From the NCBI GenBank assembly GCA_050123235.1, contig JASFHL010000002.1, positions 79,326 through 143,325 on the forward strand: DNA of 64,000 nucleotides. The letters are read 5' to 3'. Source of the DNA: Candidatus Woesebacteria bacterium. Its GTDB lineage: Bacteria; Patescibacteriota; Microgenomatia; UBA1400; PJMF01. The notes under the pieces are model-generated. The model was not told the origin of the DNA, did not search any database, and saw only the letters and a program-made list of their open reading frames with translations. Position numbers and translations under genes: made by a program. Positions 49,462-60,147 of this stretch are shown here, in pieces; the stretch's first letter is position 1; every line of letters starts with the position of its first letter.

Positions 49462-50956
49462 TAGCTTCTGCTAATTGCTTCTCACTAATCTCTTTAACTC
49501 CATCTAAATCTGCAATTGTTTGCGCTACCTTGATAATTTTAAAATACACTCTCGCTGAAAATTTCAAACGTTCTGCAGCTATCTGTAAAAATCTAAAAGC
49601 TGCTTTTTCCATTTTGCAAACATTTCTTAAAATTTTATTGTCTAGCTCAGAGTTATTTGTTAAAGCAAATTGACTCAATCTATTAAGTTGAGCATTTCTG
49701 GCCTTAATTACTCTCTGTCTAATCTGGGTAGATGTCTCTTGTTCAGCTAAATTTTGTTCTGCTAAATCTTCGATTTTTACTGCCCTTACCCTAAAATGTA
49801 AATCAATTCTGTCTAAAATCGGACCAGATAATTTTCTTCTATAACGCTGAAGATCAAAATCATTACAAATACATAGATTCTCAGCTGAAACTGAACCACG
49901 ATAACCACAGGGGCAGGGGTTAGCAGCAGCAATTAAAGTAAAAATGGCTGGATAAGTAACAGCTCCAATTGCTCTAGAAATAATCACTTTACCTTCCTCC
50001 AAAGGTTGACGTAGAGCTTCTAAGCAAAACCTAGAAAACTCTGGAAATTCGTCTAAAAAAAGTACACCTCGGTGCGCTAAAGAAATCTCACCTGGCTTTA
50101 AAGCAGTACCACCGCCCAGCAAGGCAACATGCGAACTAGTGTGATGAGGAGAACGAAATGGTCGTTCACGGATTAAAGAGCTTTTAGCTAAACCTGCCAC
50201 TGAATAAATTTTAGTCACTTCAACAGCTTCTTGTTCAGTCAATGGTGGCAAGATTGAAACCATAGCTTTTGCTAAAAGAGTTTTGCCAGAACCTGGTGGA
50301 CCTAACATCAATAAATTATGCCCCCCTGCTGCCGCAATCTCTAAGACTCTTTTTGCTTCTAGTTGTCCTTTAATATCAGCAAAATCTATCTTAAATTTTT
50401 GACTTTGAGCAGCCTTAAAACTTTTATGTAATAATTCTGGCAAAAGAGATTTTTTCTTTGCTAAAGAAATAATTTCTTTTAAATGCTGAATGGTAAAAAT
50501 TTTAATACCAGAAATCAAAGATAATTCATCTTGATTAGCAGCAGGCAAAATTACTTTTTTAAAACCCATTTTTTTAGCAGCCAAAACTAGAGGTAAAGCT
50601 CCTTTGATAACTTTAACTGCCCCATTAAGAGATAATTCACCAAAAAAGATAGTGTCATCAGTCTTAAGCTTTATTTCTTGATAATTTTTGAGTAAAGCAA
50701 CTGCAATCGCTAATTCTAGAATACTACTAGTTTTTTTAATATCAGCTGGGGCCAAATTAACTATTGTTCGCTTAGCTCTAGTTCTCACTCCGCAATTGAG
50801 TAGAGCAGAGCTGATTCTTTCCTTAGCCTCTTCTACTGCGCGGCCAGCCAAACCAATCAGAACTAATCCTGGCACACCTCGATTACTGTCTACCTCAACT
50901 TCAACTTTGATCGGTTGCAGGCCAATTATAATGGCAGTATAAGTTCGAGAAATCAT
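49427..50956 (-). CDS. YifB/ComM family Mg-chelatase-like AAA+ ATPase
   Basis: N-terminal Lon-like domain, Walker A LMLGPPGSGKT, Walker B VLFLDEFPEF, and the conserved ComM C-terminus. Confidence 0.85.
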   Translation of the reverse strand: MISRTYTAIIIGLQPIKVEVEVDSNRGVPGLVLIGLAGRAVEEAKERISSALLNCGVRTRAKRTIVNLAPADIKKTSSILELAIAVALLKNYQEIKLKTDDTIFFGELSLNGAVKVIKGALPLVLAAKKMGFKKVILPAANQDELSLISGIKIFTIQHLKEIISLAKKKSLLPELLHKSFKAAQSQKFKIDFADIKGQLEAKRVLEIAAAGGHNLLMLGPPGSGKTLLAKAMVSILPPLTEQEAVEVTKIYSVAGLAKSSLIRERPFRSPHHTSSHVALLGGGTALKPGEISLAHRGVLFLDEFPEFSRFCLEALRQPLEEGKVIISRAIGAVTYPAIFTLIAAANPCPCGYRGSVSAENLCICNDFDLQRYRRKLSGPILDRIDLHFRVRAVKIEDLAEQNLAEQETSTQIRQRVIKARNAQLNRLSQFALTNNSELDNKILRNVCKMEKAAFRFLQIAAERLKFSARVYFKIIKVAQTIADLDGVKEISEKQLAEAISYRIAKNILD

Positions 50957-51026
50957 TGATTAAGCATCAGTTTAGACTCAAATGTTTACAAGAACTGTAA
51001 TTTGGGAGGAATTTCAAAAAATCTAA

Positions 51027-51437
51027 TTACCAAATAATCCGATAAACATACTTATCTTTATCTTGGCTATAATCTCTAATTTCAATCTGGTCAGAATTTT
51101 TATAATACTGACCTTCAAATTTAAACAAGTCACCATCTTCACCATAAAAATTACTAGAATCCTTATATAATTGGATTTTGAGTAAATCAGTTCCTCTTTT
51201 ACCCAAAAACTCAAGCTTAATCACTATGGGAGAATCAAGGCGCAGATCTTGATCAATGATTTTGTGATATTTATCATCTTGAAGATCAACAGAGTCTAGC
51301 ATTACTTTACCATTAAACTCATACATCTTAGCCCCATCAGGAACTCTCTTTACTCCAATGCGATGCCAATTAAAAAAACGTCTATTTCTAAAAACATAAA
51401 CAATGCTTGAAACTAGTGCTCGTTGACGATCTGTCAT
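51027..51437 (-). CDS. Hypothetical protein
   Basis: ORF only. Confidence 0.3.
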   Translation of the reverse strand: MTDRQRALVSSIVYVFRNRRFFNWHRIGVKRVPDGAKMYEFNGKVMLDSVDLQDDKYHKIIDQDLRLDSPIVIKLEFLGKRGTDLLKIQLYKDSSNFYGEDGDLFKFEGQYYKNSDQIEIRDYSQDKDKYVYRIIW

Positions 51438-51443
51438 AAAAAT

Positions 51444-51815
51444 TTAAGAAATATTTACTTGGTATTGTTTATCTCCAATCCTAATATAGCTACTGCTAAT
51501 ATTGATCTGGAGAGAAGTTGCTTTCCAGTAATTTGCCTGATTGCCAGAAAATTGAAGTTCTATAATCTCCTTGTTATTAATATAAAATCTGCCACTTGAA
51601 CCAGTTTTATTCCCAGTAATACGATCATCATCCAAAATTAAATCCAATCTATTATTTTCTAAAGAAAACTCACCATCAGCCCATTCATAATCACCGCCAT
51701 TACTCTGAACAACAATTCTGGCTCGAACTGCTCCTTCTGTTGATTCGGCAAACTCCTTATTAAAGCAGGCAGCGATTGCTGCTACAATCAATTCTTGGCT
51801 TAAAGCTTCACTCAT
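51444..51815 (-). CDS. Hypothetical protein
   Basis: ORF only; forms a tight tandem pair with 51027..51437. Confidence 0.3.
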   Translation of the reverse strand: MSEALSQELIVAAIAACFNKEFAESTEGAVRARIVVQSNGGDYEWADGEFSLENNRLDLILDDDRITGNKTGSSGRFYINNKEIIELQFSGNQANYWKATSLQINISSSYIRIGDKQYQVNIS

Positions 51816-51912
51816 AAAAATCCTTTATTTAATTTTTTGAAATTAACAATATTATATCATCGCCAAAGAAGAAATCTGTCAATTTAAAAAATAAAGCAAA
51901 TTGAGGACCAAC

Positions 51913-52827
51913 TCAGAACATTGCCATTTTTATAGCGCCATGGGCTGGAGAATTTTTTGGAAAAATAGGCTTAATTTGAGAATTAAAATCTTTTATCCTA
52001 GCAATTAATTGCTCTTTAATATAAGTGACTCTAGTGAGGCCACCAACTAAAACTACATCCGTAACTGTATCTTGCAAATCTAACTTTTTAATCACAGTCA
52101 CAACCATATTCATTAAGTTACTGATTGCCTGATCAAAAATCTCCTTTGCCACTAAATCATCCTGCTCAAAAGCTTGAGTACAAAGTTGGGCTAATTGAGC
52201 AATTTGTTTTTTACTCAATAAAGGCTGATAAACTTTAGATTTCAAATCAAGTATCGAATCCACTTTGAAATACTCACAAAGTAATTTTTCTAAAATTGTT
52301 TTCTTAGCCCGGCCATCATAACTCTGAGTAGCTGCCTTTAGAACTGCTAAGCCAATGCTATAAGCTGAACCTTCACCAGCCAACAAAAAATCTAAACCTC
52401 CAGTTTTAGCAATTTGACCCTTTTGATTACGGCCAAGACAATTAGAACCAGTCCCAGCAATTAAAATTATTGCATTCTCTTTTTTGCTACCACTAGCAAG
52501 CGCAATCCAGGCATCGTTAACTATAGAATAATTTTTTATGGAAAATTTCTGAAATATAGGGGTAAAAACTTTATCAGCATTATCCTTATCTTCTTGATTA
52601 TCAACTCCAGCTAAGCCAAAAACTAAATTTTCAACTGAAGCTCCATCTTGAAATTTATTAAAAGTATTATTCAAAACTGCTTCTAAATTAGCTGCAGCTT
52701 CCTCAGCAGCTATTACATCTAAATTAGTTGGACCGGAGACAAGCTCAGCCAAAACTTTACCAGCCTCATCAGCTAGCACTAATTCTGTTTTACTGGCACC
52801 ACCGTCAATTCCGATGTAATATTTCAT
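51913..52827 (-). CDS. BadF/BadG/BcrA/BcrD-type ATPase (N-acetylglucosamine kinase-like sugar kinase)
   Basis: ASKH-fold phosphate-1 motif YYIGIDGGASKTELVL and IIAGTGSNCLG. Confidence 0.65.
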   Translation of the reverse strand: MKYYIGIDGGASKTELVLADEAGKVLAELVSGPTNLDVIAAEEAAANLEAVLNNTFNKFQDGASVENLVFGLAGVDNQEDKDNADKVFTPIFQKFSIKNYSIVNDAWIALASGSKKENAIILIAGTGSNCLGRNQKGQIAKTGGLDFLLAGEGSAYSIGLAVLKAATQSYDGRAKKTILEKLLCEYFKVDSILDLKSKVYQPLLSKKQIAQLAQLCTQAFEQDDLVAKEIFDQAISNLMNMVVTVIKKLDLQDTVTDVVLVGGLTRVTYIKEQLIARIKDFNSQIKPIFPKNSPAHGAIKMAMF

Positions 52828-54784
52828 CTTTTTTAGCTAAATATTCTAAAATCAATTCAATATAAACAGCATGGCTCCAAACTAAAGGCGTAGCGGACTT
52901 AGCCTCACCAGTATATGGATCAATTTGTTCTGGCAAAATTCCAGAAGGGTACATTAGATCCACTGTCCAATTGATTACTCGTTCTACTTCTTCTAGATCA
53001 GCTTGAGTGACCTGTTTCTTTTTTAACAAACTTATTGCTGGCCACATGGTAGTAATTAGCCAAGGATTTGCTAGATCTTTATCTTTAAAATATTTATCAT
53101 TTTCATAACGAATTAAACCAGCGCGATCACCAGGATTAGTTAAACGTTTTTTAACCTCTGCATCAGTGGAAATGAACAAAGGATCATCCTGATCGAAAAC
53201 ATTAAAATACCACAGACCAAAAAGAGAACTTGAATCCACAGTATTATCATGAACTACCGCTTTACCATCCCAAACTGCTGTTCTTACAAAGGAATTCAAT
53301 TTTTTGCTATATAAATGATCAACCATTGCCTTCTTAACCTCTTTAGCTGCATCACGATATTTTCTCATATGATTTCTTTTACCTAGCAATTCACTAAAAT
53401 CAGCAGCAGCCATCAAGCCGCCATAAACTGAACAACAAGTGTAAGTCGAAATACCTATTTTTTCTTCCCACAAATCATAAGAAGGCAATGGTAAACCTGA
53501 TTCAGGATTTCGAAAACTAACTAAAAAATCAGCAATTTTCTCAATCATAGGTTTATATAGCTCTTCAATAAATTCTAAATCTTTGCTGGACTGATAATGC
53601 TGCCAGAGGGCAAATAAGACTCCTGCACTTTCATCTTCTTGAATTGGCAATTGTAAAATTTTATCTTTCAACCAATCACTTTGAGCAGTGGTTGAATGCC
53701 AGGTTGAACCCAAGCTTCTATCAGAATTAAAACGGTGATGCAAATAACCATCAGGATGCAATACATCTTTACAAAAAATAAAAAATTCTTCTGTAACTTC
53801 AGTATAACCAGCCTTATCCAAAGCAGCACAAATAAAAGCAGCATCCCGTGGCCACATATAGGTATAGTCATCCTTGCCATATTCAATCATTTGGCTATCA
53901 GCGCTGGCGATGATACTCCCTCCGTTATCAGTATGCGCCCTTAAGATAAACAGTGAAGTATCAAATAATTTTCTCTGTTTCTCGGAAAGACTTTTAATTT
54001 GAGGATTGCGTTTCATTAACCAAGCACGCCAATAGTGTTCAGTTGAATGAATCATCCCTTCTGGAGTTTTATCATAAACCATCTGATTCATTTTGTAAGC
54101 TTCTGCTAAAGATTTACCAGCACAAATCCAATAATAAACTCTTGTTTTGCATTTACCTTCACAAGAAGCGTAAAATCTCATCACACTATCGACGCTACCA
54201 TGCTCAACTGCGTTTTTCGCTAATTCTCCATCCTCTGCATCTCGATAACTACCTTCTTTGCCAGCAAACTGATAAGCTCCAACTGTATAATCATCCAGTC
54301 TCTTACCAGCTTCAGTTTGACCATTAACAAAAAAAACTCGTCTACCTTTGTAATGAACAATAGCACTATGAGTTGGATCATAGAAAGCTGTATTCCTCTT
54401 TCTATACTCACTGATCATAAAAACTTGATGGAAAAAAATTTTAATATCTGCCTTGTTTTCACTATGATTGTAAATATCTACTTGTCGTAAAAAAACATTG
54501 GTCTCATTGTAAACAATATCTTCCATCACTAAACTAATATCTAGTTTTTCATTTTTACAAACCAAATAACCAACCATTGTTTCTGGTTTATATCCCAAAG
54601 TAATTTTCCATGAACCATCATCAAGCCAAGAAAAGCGATTATTGACCATCAAGCCAATACGATGTTTATGACCGCTAACATGATTTTCCAAACCCACATA
54701 ATGATAATGCATATCACGGACAAAACCATATTTATCAAGAGTGACTAGAAAATTCCCATTACTGAGGACAAGAGCTCTGGCCAT
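52805..54784 (-). CDS. Glycoside hydrolase family 15-like (glucoamylase / glucan 1,4-alpha-glucosidase-like)
   Basis: YTYMWPRDAAF matches the GH15 (alpha/alpha)6-barrel signature (Y/F)xWxRDxA. An N-terminal beta-sandwich domain precedes it. Confidence 0.65.
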   Translation of the reverse strand: MARALVLSNGNFLVTLDKYGFVRDMHYHYVGLENHVSGHKHRIGLMVNNRFSWLDDGSWKITLGYKPETMVGYLVCKNEKLDISLVMEDIVYNETNVFLRQVDIYNHSENKADIKIFFHQVFMISEYRKRNTAFYDPTHSAIVHYKGRRVFFVNGQTEAGKRLDDYTVGAYQFAGKEGSYRDAEDGELAKNAVEHGSVDSVMRFYASCEGKCKTRVYYWICAGKSLAEAYKMNQMVYDKTPEGMIHSTEHYWRAWLMKRNPQIKSLSEKQRKLFDTSLFILRAHTDNGGSIIASADSQMIEYGKDDYTYMWPRDAAFICAALDKAGYTEVTEEFFIFCKDVLHPDGYLHHRFNSDRSLGSTWHSTTAQSDWLKDKILQLPIQEDESAGVLFALWQHYQSSKDLEFIEELYKPMIEKIADFLVSFRNPESGLPLPSYDLWEEKIGISTYTCCSVYGGLMAAADFSELLGKRNHMRKYRDAAKEVKKAMVDHLYSKKLNSFVRTAVWDGKAVVHDNTVDSSSLFGLWYFNVFDQDDPLFISTDAEVKKRLTNPGDRAGLIRYENDKYFKDKDLANPWLITTMWPAISLLKKKQVTQADLEEVERVINWTVDLMYPSGILPEQIDPYTGEAKSATPLVWSHAVYIELILEYLAKKDEILHRN

Positions 54785-54811
54785 AAAACCTTTTTATAAA
54801 ACTATTTTTCA

Positions 54812-56041
54812 TCATAACAATCTTTCCCTGAGGTCCGCAAGCACTATCGAATATTTTCTATAAGCTTCAAACGGACTTTTATAAGGATTAAAATAAGCAT
54901 GGACATCACCATCCGCCGCCCATTTAGTACACATATAATAGAAATGATCGCTGGTTTGTAACCTACGCCAGTCTTCAACTAGTTGCTCATTATTAGAATT
55001 TAAAATTTTGTCTTCCATTGAATAAAGAATTCTTAAACTATCGTATTGGAACTGGTTATCTCGCCAAGCTGTTAGATCTCGATCAATATCAGCCCAAGAA
55101 ATATAATCAGGCACATCATAAATTGCTAATTTATTGAGTTTTTTCTGACTTAATTTAAAAGAAGCTGATCGCTGTTTTACAGCATATTGCTTAAATATCT
55201 CGGAAGGCAAAACAAAATGATTCCAGCTTTTATCTAAAAATCTTTTAATTAATTCTGCAAAAAAATCAAAAATACCTGTATCCACCCACTGATGTTCACC
55301 AAAGGTCTCAAAGTCCATAAATAAATTTACTAGGGATTCTTCAGGATAAATTTGAATCCACTCTAGATAACGATCAACTGTTAGTGGATACCATAACCAA
55401 CTCCTATTACTAAAACGAAAAGCAAGATCATCAGAAAGCTTAGCATGTTTTAAAAGCAAGGGCACTTTATTAAGAGACTGACTGGCAAAAAGCTGAGTTC
55501 TAGTTCTTCCTTGTAAGTAACGATCAACTGCCTCGGTTAGAACTCCTAAAAAATCAAAATCATCTAATAAGTCAATAATTTCATTGGCATAAATTAGTTC
55601 TGTATTTCTAAAAACCTTTGTTTCAAAGTTAAAGAGTTTTTTTATTAAGTTTCTGTGTTTATCAACTTGATGAATAAATTCATCCTTGGAATATAAAAAA
55701 GCAAGAGAATGATAATAAGTCTCTGATAATAACTCCAAACGCCCTGTTTTTACTGCGTCTTTAATTAATTGAATTATTTCTTTTTCATAAAACAAAGCTT
55801 GTTCTAAAAAAACTCCACTGCAAGATAAAGCAAATTTAAAATTATCGTGCCGATGAAGTAAATCATTTAGCAGGCGTAGCATTGGTAAATATGATTTATT
55901 TGCAACTTTTTGAAAAACTAATCTATTTAAATCATTTTTCTCTGAAAAAAAATATGAACTATTATTGCCTAAATCAAAAACTTCAAAATTCTGCAAACGA
56001 TAAGGTTGATGAAGTTGAAAATACAAACAAATTTGCGGCAT
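54812..56041 (-). CDS. Glycoside hydrolase family 57 protein
   Basis: N-terminal LYFQLHQPYRL carries the GH57 HQP signature. The size of 409 aa is compatible with GH57 amylase or branching-enzyme cores. Confidence 0.65.
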   Translation of the reverse strand: MPQICLYFQLHQPYRLQNFEVFDLGNNSSYFFSEKNDLNRLVFQKVANKSYLPMLRLLNDLLHRHDNFKFALSCSGVFLEQALFYEKEIIQLIKDAVKTGRLELLSETYYHSLAFLYSKDEFIHQVDKHRNLIKKLFNFETKVFRNTELIYANEIIDLLDDFDFLGVLTEAVDRYLQGRTRTQLFASQSLNKVPLLLKHAKLSDDLAFRFSNRSWLWYPLTVDRYLEWIQIYPEESLVNLFMDFETFGEHQWVDTGIFDFFAELIKRFLDKSWNHFVLPSEIFKQYAVKQRSASFKLSQKKLNKLAIYDVPDYISWADIDRDLTAWRDNQFQYDSLRILYSMEDKILNSNNEQLVEDWRRLQTSDHFYYMCTKWAADGDVHAYFNPYKSPFEAYRKYSIVLADLRERLL

Positions 56042-56065
56042 GACTAGAATATATCCTAAACTTAG

Positions 56066-57301
56066 TTACGAAAACAATCTATTATAAACTTGCTTTACCG
56101 CCTGAGCTGATTTATCCCAAGACAAGGATTTGAGATCACGCAACTGACCTTTTACTACTTTCTCACTGAAGCCCTTACTCCTAAGTAAACGCAAGACTGT
56201 TTGGCTCATTTTATCAAGATCCCAAAAATCAATAGTCATAGCACTCTTCATTACTTCGGCTACTCCAGAGTTTTTAGAAATAATTACTGGAGTTTTATAA
56301 CTAGCTGCTTCTAAAGCTACCAAACCAAATGGCTCAGACACAGAAGGCATAATAAAAACATCGGCTCTATTTAAAAGTTTATCTTTTTGCTTATCTCTCA
56401 CAAAACCACTGAACAAAACAGAAGCAGATAAACTCTTACCCGCTGCTCTAAATAATAGTTCATGATACATATCACCACTACCAGCCAAAATAAACAGTGT
56501 ATCAGACATCTTTTCTAATACTTTTTTGGCCACTGAAATAAAGAACTCAGCTCCTTTTTGAGCTGTGAAGCGACCCATGAACACTACTACCGGCCTTTTA
56601 TGAGCAAATTGATATTTATCAAAACTAGGATTTTTTAAATTGAAGGATATGCCATTATGGACTACATCTATTTTATTGGGATTAATCTGATATTTATCAA
56701 CTAATAATCTTTTAGTGTAATAACTGACAGCAATCACCCGATCAGCTGTCATCATTCCTTCATATTCTGTATGAGCAATATAGTGACTACCATACCCATG
56801 AGGTATACGATCAAACTCCGTAGAATGGATATGAGCAACCATAGCTTTACCAGTTTTTTTCTTTAATCTAGCTGCTGCTGGAAAAGCCATCCAATCATGA
56901 GCATGAATTAAATCAAAATCATTCTTAAGCTGATTGGTATTCTGCTCAACTAACTGACTATAACGCTCTACCTTATGTTCCAATTCTGATTGAGGCAAAG
57001 CATTAAGTTCAAATAAATCCAAGGGTCTATCAAAGGATGATCGCCTTGTTCGAACTGATGTATAAGCCATGAAGGGAGCTTTGTTTTTACTATTCATAAG
57101 CTCCCATTCAGGATCAACGCAAGATAAAACATTCATATGAACTAGTGGCTTATGAAGAATATAAGGAAGAGTAAAATAAATTTGTGTATTAGTTCCGGCT
57201 AAAGATTTAGTTAAACCTTGACACGCCACACCTAGACCACCACTATTATGAGGTGGATATTCCCAACCAATCATTAGCACTTTCCCATCATGAAGTGGCA
57301 T
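56066..57301 (-). CDS. Glycosyltransferase (GT4/GT5, glycogen-synthase-like)
   Basis: N-terminal GGLGVACQGL (compare KTGGLGDV of GlgA) and C-terminal EPFGLVALEAASYKTPVI (E-x7-E GT-B motif). Located in an alpha-glucan locus. Confidence 0.65.
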   Translation of the reverse strand: MPLHDGKVLMIGWEYPPHNSGGLGVACQGLTKSLAGTNTQIYFTLPYILHKPLVHMNVLSCVDPEWELMNSKNKAPFMAYTSVRTRRSSFDRPLDLFELNALPQSELEHKVERYSQLVEQNTNQLKNDFDLIHAHDWMAFPAAARLKKKTGKAMVAHIHSTEFDRIPHGYGSHYIAHTEYEGMMTADRVIAVSYYTKRLLVDKYQINPNKIDVVHNGISFNLKNPSFDKYQFAHKRPVVVFMGRFTAQKGAEFFISVAKKVLEKMSDTLFILAGSGDMYHELLFRAAGKSLSASVLFSGFVRDKQKDKLLNRADVFIMPSVSEPFGLVALEAASYKTPVIISKNSGVAEVMKSAMTIDFWDLDKMSQTVLRLLRSKGFSEKVVKGQLRDLKSLSWDKSAQAVKQVYNRLFS

Positions 57302-57386
57302 AAATAATCTATCATATTAGTGTAGCGATTTCTCTCTATTGTTGACAAGAGGAAAAACGTTATTCTATGAGATATAATATGAGCAA

Positions 57387-58604
57387 ATGATTAAGAATAT
57401 TATTTACCGATTAAAAAGACCTTACCATTTTTTAAAAACTGCAATTTTTCGTGGTATCCCAGCTCAAATTAAATATAGATTCCCTAGTAAAAAATTAAAA
57501 GTAATCACTATTACCGGCACTGATGGTAAGACCACCTCTAGTACCTTAACCTATCATATTTTAAAAACTGCTGGTAAAAAAGTAGGCCTCATTTCAACTG
57601 TAGCTGCATACATAGGGGATAAGGAAATTGAAACTGGATTGCATGTGACTACTCCAGATCCTAGAAAACTACAACAATTAATGAGAGAAATGCTTAATCA
57701 GGGACTTGAATACTTAGTGCTTGAATTTACTTCACATGGAGCTTATCAATATCGAACTTGGGGTGTCAAACCCTTCATTGGCGGCCTTACTAACATTACT
57801 CATGAACATTTGGATTATCATCTCAACATGGAAAATTATATTGATGCTAAAGCAATGATGCTTAAAAAAGCTTCTACATTAATCCTTAACGCTGATGACA
57901 AAAATTACCTAAAGTTAAGAAAAAAGTTCAATAAAAAACAAAATATTATTAATTATTCTTTATCAGAAAAACTTCCTTCTAGCCTCACTACTGCTATTAA
58001 AAAAAGATTCCCAGAATCATATAACCAGATGAATGCTAGATTAGCTATAAAAATCGCTAAACTATTAAAAATCGAAAATAAAGATATTATTAGAGCAATC
58101 GAATCTTTTCCAGGAGTTCCCGGTAGAATGCAATTCGTAAGCAATAAGAAAGGTTTTGAAATCGTGATTGATTTTGCTCATACACCCAATGCCTTGGAAG
58201 CCGCTTTGACTGCACTCAGAAAAAAACAGAAACAAGATAAATCAAAAGGTAAACTAATTGCTGTTTACGGTTGTGCTGGACTTAGAGATGTAAAAAAACG
58301 GCCAATGATGGGTAAAATTGGTGTTGATTTAGCAGATTTAGTGATTTTTACAGCTGAGGATCCCCGTACTGAAGATGTTTGGTCAATTATTCGCCAAATG
58401 AAAGAACAACTAGAAGATGGCCATAATAAAATTATCAGCATTGCTGATAGAAAAAAAGCAATTAGTTTTGCCTTAAGAAAAATAGCAAAAAGAGGAGATT
58501 TAATAGCTATCTTTGGCAAAGGGCCGGAAAAAAGTATCTGTTATGGAAAAATAGAAAAACCCTGGAGCGATCTTAAAGTTGTGCAGGAAATACTCAATGG
58601 ATAA
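57387..58604 (+). CDS. Mur ligase family protein (MurE/MurF-like central and C-terminal domains, short)
   Basis: ATP-binding ITGTDGKTTSS, with a Mur ligase middle domain and C-domain pattern. At about 405 aa it lacks a long N-terminal domain. Confidence 0.55.
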   Translation: MIKNIIYRLKRPYHFLKTAIFRGIPAQIKYRFPSKKLKVITITGTDGKTTSSTLTYHILKTAGKKVGLISTVAAYIGDKEIETGLHVTTPDPRKLQQLMREMLNQGLEYLVLEFTSHGAYQYRTWGVKPFIGGLTNITHEHLDYHLNMENYIDAKAMMLKKASTLILNADDKNYLKLRKKFNKKQNIINYSLSEKLPSSLTTAIKKRFPESYNQMNARLAIKIAKLLKIENKDIIRAIESFPGVPGRMQFVSNKKGFEIVIDFAHTPNALEAALTALRKKQKQDKSKGKLIAVYGCAGLRDVKKRPMMGKIGVDLADLVIFTAEDPRTEDVWSIIRQMKEQLEDGHNKIISIADRKKAISFALRKIAKRGDLIAIFGKGPEKSICYGKIEKPWSDLKVVQEILNG

Positions 58605-60027
58605 AGACTTTAATTTATTAAACTATCAAAATTTCTACTTAGTTGGTGTTAAAGGTGTAGCCATGACATCCTTAGCCCAATGTTTAATTGATGCTAAAAA
58701 AAACGTTAGAGGTAGTGATTTAGCTGAAAGTTTTGTTACTCAAAAAATTTTGGATAAATTAGCAATAAAAATAGATTTAAACTTTAATCAACAGATACCT
58801 AAAAACACGGATTGTCTCATTTATACTTCTGCTCATCAAGCTCAAGCTAACCCTCAAGTCATTCAAGCTCAAAAAAAAGGCATTAAAGTTTTATCTCAAG
58901 CCGAGGCTTTGGCTAGTTTATTTAATCAAAAACAAGGTATTGCTGTCTGCGGAGTAGGAGGTAAGTCAACAGTCTCAGCCATGATCACTTGGATATTAGA
59001 AAAAAATAAACTTAATCCCTCTTTTTCTGTGGGAGTAGGTGACATTATTGGCTTAGGCAAAACTGGCCAGTGGAGCAATGACAGTAAGTTTTTCGTTGCT
59101 GAAGCAGATGAGTATGTAATTGATCCTAAAGCAAAAGAAAAAAATAAAGAGATTACTCCGCGATTTTCCTTTTTAAAACCTTTTATAACCATCTGTACCA
59201 ATTTGAAATTTGACCATCCTGATGTTTATCAAGATTTTAATCATACAAAAAAAGTATTTAGTCAATTTTTTAGACAAATAAAAAAAGGCGGAACTCTATT
59301 AGTTAATACAGATAATGAAGACTTGATTCAATTAAGTAAAAAACAGAAAGATAAAAACATTCTCAGTTTCGGAGAACACAGAAAAGCAGATTTTAGATTA
59401 ACCAATTACCACTCGAAAGAAGGCGAAACTATTGGTTTCTTTGAATTTAAAAAACAAAACTACCAAATTAAATTAAAAATCCCTGGAAAATTTAATTTAT
59501 TAAATGCTATTGCAGCCACTGCAACTTGTTATGCTTTAGGCATCGATATTAATTTAAGTCTTAAAACTTTGCAAAATTTTTCTTCCACACTAAGGCGTTT
59601 TGAATTTAAAGGAAAAAAAAATGGAGTTAAATATTATGATGACTATGCTCATCACCCTAGTGAAGTCTATCAAGCCATCAAAGCATTAAATGATTGGTAT
59701 CCAAATAAACGAAAATTGATTACCTTTCAATCACACACTTTTTCAAGGACCAAAAAACTTTTTTCAGAATTTGTAGACGCTTTCCGCGAAGCTGATGAAG
59801 TGCTGATGATTGATATCTTTGCTTCCGCCAGAGAAGCCTATGACCCAAACATTAGTAGCGATCAATTATGCCAAGCAATTATAAAAAAATATCCCAGAAT
59901 TAAAACTAAAAATCTTAAAACTATTGATAAATTAGCTAATTATTTTAAAAATGAGCTTCAAAAAGAAGATATTTGCCTAACTCTAGGGGCAGGGGATATA
60001 TATAAAGTGCATGAGATGATAAAATAG
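58597..60027 (+). CDS. murC: UDP-N-acetylmuramate--L-alanine ligase
   Basis: N-terminus FYLVGVKGVAMTSLAQCL (compare HFIGIGGxGMSxLA) and ATP site AVCGVGGKST. Start taken as MDKDF at 58597. Confidence 0.75.
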   Translation: MDKDFNLLNYQNFYLVGVKGVAMTSLAQCLIDAKKNVRGSDLAESFVTQKILDKLAIKIDLNFNQQIPKNTDCLIYTSAHQAQANPQVIQAQKKGIKVLSQAEALASLFNQKQGIAVCGVGGKSTVSAMITWILEKNKLNPSFSVGVGDIIGLGKTGQWSNDSKFFVAEADEYVIDPKAKEKNKEITPRFSFLKPFITICTNLKFDHPDVYQDFNHTKKVFSQFFRQIKKGGTLLVNTDNEDLIQLSKKQKDKNILSFGEHRKADFRLTNYHSKEGETIGFFEFKKQNYQIKLKIPGKFNLLNAIAATATCYALGIDINLSLKTLQNFSSTLRRFEFKGKKNGVKYYDDYAHHPSEVYQAIKALNDWYPNKRKLITFQSHTFSRTKKLFSEFVDAFREADEVLMIDIFASAREAYDPNISSDQLCQAIIKKYPRIKTKNLKTIDKLANYFKNELQKEDICLTLGAGDIYKVHEMIK

Positions 60028-60055
60028 TGATATAATTTCACAGCTAAAAGCATCA

Positions 60056-60139
60056 GCCTCGGTGGCGGAACTGGCAGACGCGCGAGACTTAAAATCTCGT
60101 TCTGGCAACAGAGTGTGGGTTCGATTCCCACCCGAGGCA
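60056..60139 (+). tRNA. tRNA-Leu (anticodon TAA), long variable arm
   Basis: GCCTCGGTGGCGGAACTGGCAGACGC…, anticodon stem CGAGA/TCTCG with loop CT-TAA-AA, T-arm GTGGGTTCGATTCCCAC. Confidence 0.8.
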
Positions 60140-60147
60140 CAAAAAAA

